Below, piece after piece: positions 58,386 through 61,766 of a DNA stretch of 61,766 nt. This DNA is from an uncultured Alphaproteobacteria bacterium (GTDB taxonomy: Bacteria > Pseudomonadota > Alphaproteobacteria > RF32 > CAG-239). The notes below the pieces were generated by a model that made no database searches, was not told the origin of the DNA, and worked only from the letters and a program-made list of their open reading frames with translations. The stretch lies in NCBI GenBank assembly GCA_944391695.1, contig CALXUO010000005.1, positions 1 to 61,766 on the forward strand. Reading direction: 5' to 3'. Numbering within the stretch: position 1 is the first letter of the stretch; each line of letters begins with the position of its first letter. A program made the translations under genes and the position numbers.

Positions 58386-59003
58386 ATGAAAACTAAACTT
58401 TTTGCTTTTATACTGACTGTTCTAACGGCTTTTTCTTTTAATGCCAATGCACAAGTTAATGCTCAGGCGGCCGAAAAATTTATTAAAGACACCACCGCCA
58501 AAGGGATTGAGCAAATCATCAATGCCAATATATCGCAGGCCGAAAAAGACAAGCGCTTTTATGATTTGTTAAACGGTGCTCTTGATTTGGATTTTATCGG
58601 ACAATTTGTATTGGGGCGCAACTGGCGAACCGCCACCCCAGAACAACGCAAAGAGTTTATTGCTGTTTATCGTGATCTAAATATTGCTACTTGGTCTAAG
58701 CGTTTTAACGAGTTTAAGGGCAAAAATTTTGTCTTCAAAGGTACAACACCTTCTTCTTCCAAAGGACAAATTTTTGTTGATACTGTTGTGCCGATGGACC
58801 AAGGAGAGCCGGCCAAAGTCGTTTGGCGTGTCAGAGAAAAAAACGGTGATTACAAAATCGTCGATATTATCATTGAAGGTGTGAGCCTGGCACAATCGGC
58901 CAGAAGCGAATATACCGCGTTTATCAAAAACAACCCCGGCGGTATTGATGCTTTGATTAAAGATTTGCAAGCCAAATTAAAAGCTCAAAAATCTACTAAA
59001 TAA
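58386..59003 (+). CDS. mlaC: MlaC/Ttg2D phospholipid-binding periplasmic protein
   Basis: Signal peptide, FVLGRNWR, KIVDIIIEGVSL; follows mlaA. Confidence 0.9.
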   Translation: MKTKLFAFILTVLTAFSFNANAQVNAQAAEKFIKDTTAKGIEQIINANISQAEKDKRFYDLLNGALDLDFIGQFVLGRNWRTATPEQRKEFIAVYRDLNIATWSKRFNEFKGKNFVFKGTTPSSSKGQIFVDTVVPMDQGEPAKVVWRVREKNGDYKIVDIIIEGVSLAQSARSEYTAFIKNNPGGIDALIKDLQAKLKAQKSTK

Positions 59004-59007
59004 TCTA

Positions 59008-59039
59008 AAAATAAAGCCCTCATCCGAGGGCTTTATTTT
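59008..59039. terminator. Bidirectional terminator
   Basis: AAAATAAAGCCCTC-ATCC-GAGGGCTTTATTTT. Confidence 0.88.
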
Positions 59040-59050
59040 ATCCTAGTTTA

Positions 59051-60412
59051 TTAGGAGTTTCTTTGTGAAATTTTTATATCAATAATTTGTCCGGTATAAT
59101 CAGAAAGTGCTGTATCTAATGTTGTATCAGCAACTACTTGCGGTGATAGTAGAGATTCTTTTGGCTCAACGCCAAAATTTTTTAATCTCATAGGAGTGGC
59201 GGTTCTTTCCGGATTGATAATATTTACTCTGATAGAATCTTTCTCCCATTCTTCTGCCAGTGCTTGACTTAGATTTACTAGCGCTGCTTTGGTTGAGGAA
59301 TAAATGGAATAAAGAGCACGCCCCCTTGTATAAGAGCTTGAGGTAAAAAATATCAAACTACCTTTGGAGGCTTGTAAATAGTCGTATGCCAATCTTGCTA
59401 TATTTACACAACCAACATAATTAATATTTATTTCTTTATAAATATCCTCCAATTCTCTGGTATTAAGCTGCCCCATTCTCAAAACACCGGCAGTATTAAT
59501 AATAATATCTATCTTTCCTTCCAATTTTGCAACATGCTCCAGGGCTGATTTGATTTCTTTATAGTTACAAACATCCGTTCCGCTAGAACGAGAAAAACCA
59601 TAAACTTTGGCTTGGTAGCGCTTGCTAAGTTCAACAATGGCCTGGCCAATACCTTTGCTCGCTCCGAATACGACAATAACTTTATTTTTTAATCGTTTTT
59701 TATCTTGCGAAATGGTATATATATTTCTTAGTTGAAATAATTTATCTGCAATCGCAATATCAATGGGATATGTTATCTTGTGATTGAAATCATCTCCTTT
59801 AATTACATATATATCACATAAATTATATTTCAAAACCAAGCCGCAATCATCGGTTACATCAACATTATGGTCTTTATTGGCTAGTTCATGAGCTTTTTTA
59901 ATGACTGCTAAATCAAAAGCCTGCGGAGTTTGTCCGCGTTTTATAAAATCTCGTTTAAGAATCGATTTAATAATATTGTTGTTATCTATTGTAATTAACG
60001 TATCTGCCGAATCGATAGCAACATCTACGGCCTTATATTCATCAAGTTTTTGTAAACAATTGTCTATTATATCATTTGAGACAAAAGGTCGTACTGCATC
60101 ATGAATTAGTACTTTAGCTTGTGGTGCGGTTATAGAATTTATCCCTATGTAGGAGCTTTCTTGTCTGGTTGAACCTCCTGCCAAAATCTTGGATATTTTT
60201 TTATAATTATTCTTAATTACCATATCTTGAATATAGCTGATATAGTTAATGTGTGAAACTACAATTATTTCATCAACATTATCATTTTTTTCAAAAGTAG
60301 TAAGAGTATGTTCCAGAACTGTTTTGCCGGCAATTTTAATGAACTGTTTTGGCTTATTGAGCCCGGTGCGTTCGCCCTTTCCCGATGCTAAAATTATTGC
60401 TATATTTTTCAT
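59051..60412 (-). CDS. Bifunctional IspD/TarI-like cytidylyltransferase-SDR reductase (Bcs1-like CDP-ribitol synthase)
   Basis: ILASGKGER, PKQF, IHDAVRP, QTPQAF, TDD, KIT in the N-half; GASKGIG, NTAG, YSSTK, PERTATPMR in the C-half. Confidence 0.87.
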   Translation of the reverse strand: MKNIAIILASGKGERTGLNKPKQFIKIAGKTVLEHTLTTFEKNDNVDEIIVVSHINYISYIQDMVIKNNYKKISKILAGGSTRQESSYIGINSITAPQAKVLIHDAVRPFVSNDIIDNCLQKLDEYKAVDVAIDSADTLITIDNNNIIKSILKRDFIKRGQTPQAFDLAVIKKAHELANKDHNVDVTDDCGLVLKYNLCDIYVIKGDDFNHKITYPIDIAIADKLFQLRNIYTISQDKKRLKNKVIVVFGASKGIGQAIVELSKRYQAKVYGFSRSSGTDVCNYKEIKSALEHVAKLEGKIDIIINTAGVLRMGQLNTRELEDIYKEININYVGCVNIARLAYDYLQASKGSLIFFTSSSYTRGRALYSIYSSTKAALVNLSQALAEEWEKDSIRVNIINPERTATPMRLKNFGVEPKESLLSPQVVADTTLDTALSDYTGQIIDIKISQRNS

Positions 60413-61374
60413 TATAGCCTGCCTTTCAGTTCTTGCATTGTTGCATAATCTTCCGAATTAAAATTATCGTACATACTGTGACCTTTGGGAAGTTTCTTTG
60501 GATATGACATATAATTGCCATAATAGTCTTTAAGATAGCACTCAGGTTTGGCCATGGATTTAAATTTAATTCCTTCAAATATTGTATTTTTAATCGGATA
60601 TACAGTGTCATAGCGTAAAAACCAGTTAGGCTCACTGTGATCCCACTCAATACCCAATAAAATATCCGAACCTACTTTTGGGGCTGAGGTATTTATGTAT
60701 TTATTCTTTTCTTGCATTATGGTCGCAATAATGTTTGAAGTATTTTGCTTTTGAAGATTATGTCTAAATTTTTTGATTTCATTGGTATATTTTATTTGCT
60801 GTTTTACGGAATATTTGTTGCCGCTTATATCAAACGCAAAAACATCAATAAAAAATTTATCTGATTTTTTGCTGCGGATTTTTATAATGGAAGATGCTTG
60901 ATCAGCACTTATAAATTGTTCGGCATATAGGTCTTGTTGATGGGCTTTATTAAATTCAGTTAAAACTTTGTTATAGTCGCCTCTTTCCATTGCCACATCA
61001 ATATCATCATCCCAGGGGATAAAACCTTTGTGTCTTACCTGCCCCAAAGCAGAACCGGCAAACAAAACATAGCCAAGATTATTTTGACTGCAAAAAGCAT
61101 CAAACTGTTTAAGTATGGCCAAATTAGCCAGTTGCAAATCTCTTAATTTACCTTCGGCTTTAGGCAAATTTGTTATATCTAGTTTGTTTTTCTTATAATA
61201 GTAAAACGGATTACTATTCTTGGCCTTTATATATTCTTTTTTGGGATATCGCACCTTTAGACCGCAAAAAGTAAGTTGATTATGAGTTTTGGAAAATTCT
61301 TTGAACGAAAACAAATGAAACATATGTTGTGCAATTTTTTGCAAAACACAAATAGCTGATTTTTTATAGTCCAT
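60412..61374 (-). CDS. LicD-family phosphotransferase
   Basis: LRDLQLANL, GSALGQVRHKGFIPWDDDIDVAM, FIDVF, YLKDYYGNYM; start placed at the ATG of MDYKK. Confidence 0.9.
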   Translation of the reverse strand: MDYKKSAICVLQKIAQHMFHLFSFKEFSKTHNQLTFCGLKVRYPKKEYIKAKNSNPFYYYKKNKLDITNLPKAEGKLRDLQLANLAILKQFDAFCSQNNLGYVLFAGSALGQVRHKGFIPWDDDIDVAMERGDYNKVLTEFNKAHQQDLYAEQFISADQASSIIKIRSKKSDKFFIDVFAFDISGNKYSVKQQIKYTNEIKKFRHNLQKQNTSNIIATIMQEKNKYINTSAPKVGSDILLGIEWDHSEPNWFLRYDTVYPIKNTIFEGIKFKSMAKPECYLKDYYGNYMSYPKKLPKGHSMYDNFNSEDYATMQELKGRL

Positions 61375-61418
61375 ATTTATATTCCTCTGATAGTTCACTA
61401 CTAAAAAAATCGCGCGAT

Positions 61419-61577
61419 GAAGGCGACTGGAAGGTAGAAACTATTCAGACAAAATAGTGCGACATATTTGCTAATATATAGCTTATTTTGGCGCCTTCCA
61501 GTCTTAATATAGACCGTTAGGTGTGCAAAAACATCGTCTTTTGCACTAAAGACGTGTCTGAAAGAGGTTTCTACACC
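61419..61577 (-). ncRNA. Putative structured RNA element (pseudoknot-capable) in the licD leader
   Basis: Several 7-10 bp complementary pairs (listed under findings). The strand is inferred from the position upstream of licD. Confidence 0.4.
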
Positions 61578-61607
61578 CCAGAATATTCATCTTATATTCC
61601 GTTATTG

Positions 61608-61636
61608 AGGTTAGCTGTATTTTTTGTAAAAGTAAA
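61608..61636 (-). promoter_or_regulatory. Candidate sigma70 promoter for the licD operon
   Basis: Minus strand TTTACT-N17-TAACCT. Confidence 0.3.
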
Positions 61637-61651
61637 GCCTAAAATAGATAT

Positions 61652-61766
61652 CCCCCAGTAAACTGGGGGTTCTATAACAGCTACAAACCTTACGGTTTGA
61701 CCACGCTCGTTGGCGTGGAGCGGTGTTGTTCCAACACCTTGGCATTCAGCCCCGAGTAAACTCGGG
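61652..61766. mobile_element. Palindrome-rich non-coding element (IS200/IS605-type MITE or REPIN-like), cut by the window end
   Basis: Two CCCCnAG-TAAA-CTnGGGG hairpins (61652-61669 and 61750-end) enclosing three further hairpins. Confidence 0.5.

Noticed and set aside
61440-61520. TTCAGAC and TAATATAGACC resembling group I intron R and S elements
   Set aside because: The two segments cannot form the P7 helix, and the other core helices are absent.

Overview
This is a chromosomal window from an alphaproteobacterium. The evidence is LpxI in place of LpxH, the nuoN-birA-rnj synteny and the mlaA-mlaC pair. The divergent, AT-rich, Cys-rich accessory genes suggest a gut-associated RF32/CAG-239-like lineage, which is an inference and was not tested. 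Most of the window is housekeeping: thrS, lpxA-lpxI-lpxB-comEC, a TetR-regulated RND pump, glgB-glgX-malQ, mutS, a PhoR-like kinase, rnj, birA, two intact tRNAs, an ArsR-HMA-P1B-ATPase cassette, ogt, mlaA/mlaC and a CDP-ribitol/LicD pair. Five observations stand out. (1) A tRNA-Pro(CGG) gene is split by a 158-nt three-hairpin insert at the start of the T-arm, and it lies next to a decayed 2-kb islet. (2) An intact but orphan nuoL-nuoM-nuoN trio has lost most of the charged proton-translocation residues. (3) A 2,086-aa secreted modular Cys-rich protein sits beside a 938-aa effector-like protein and two beta-barrel paralogues. (4) A dense, pseudoknot-capable element of about 160 nt lies in the probable 5' leader of the licD operon, followed by a palindrome-rich MITE-like element cut by the window edge. 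(5) There is a CoaD-HD fusion and a probable ATA start codon for birA. No CRISPR array, rRNA, integrase or transposase gene was seen. All alignments were done by eye and no searches were run.
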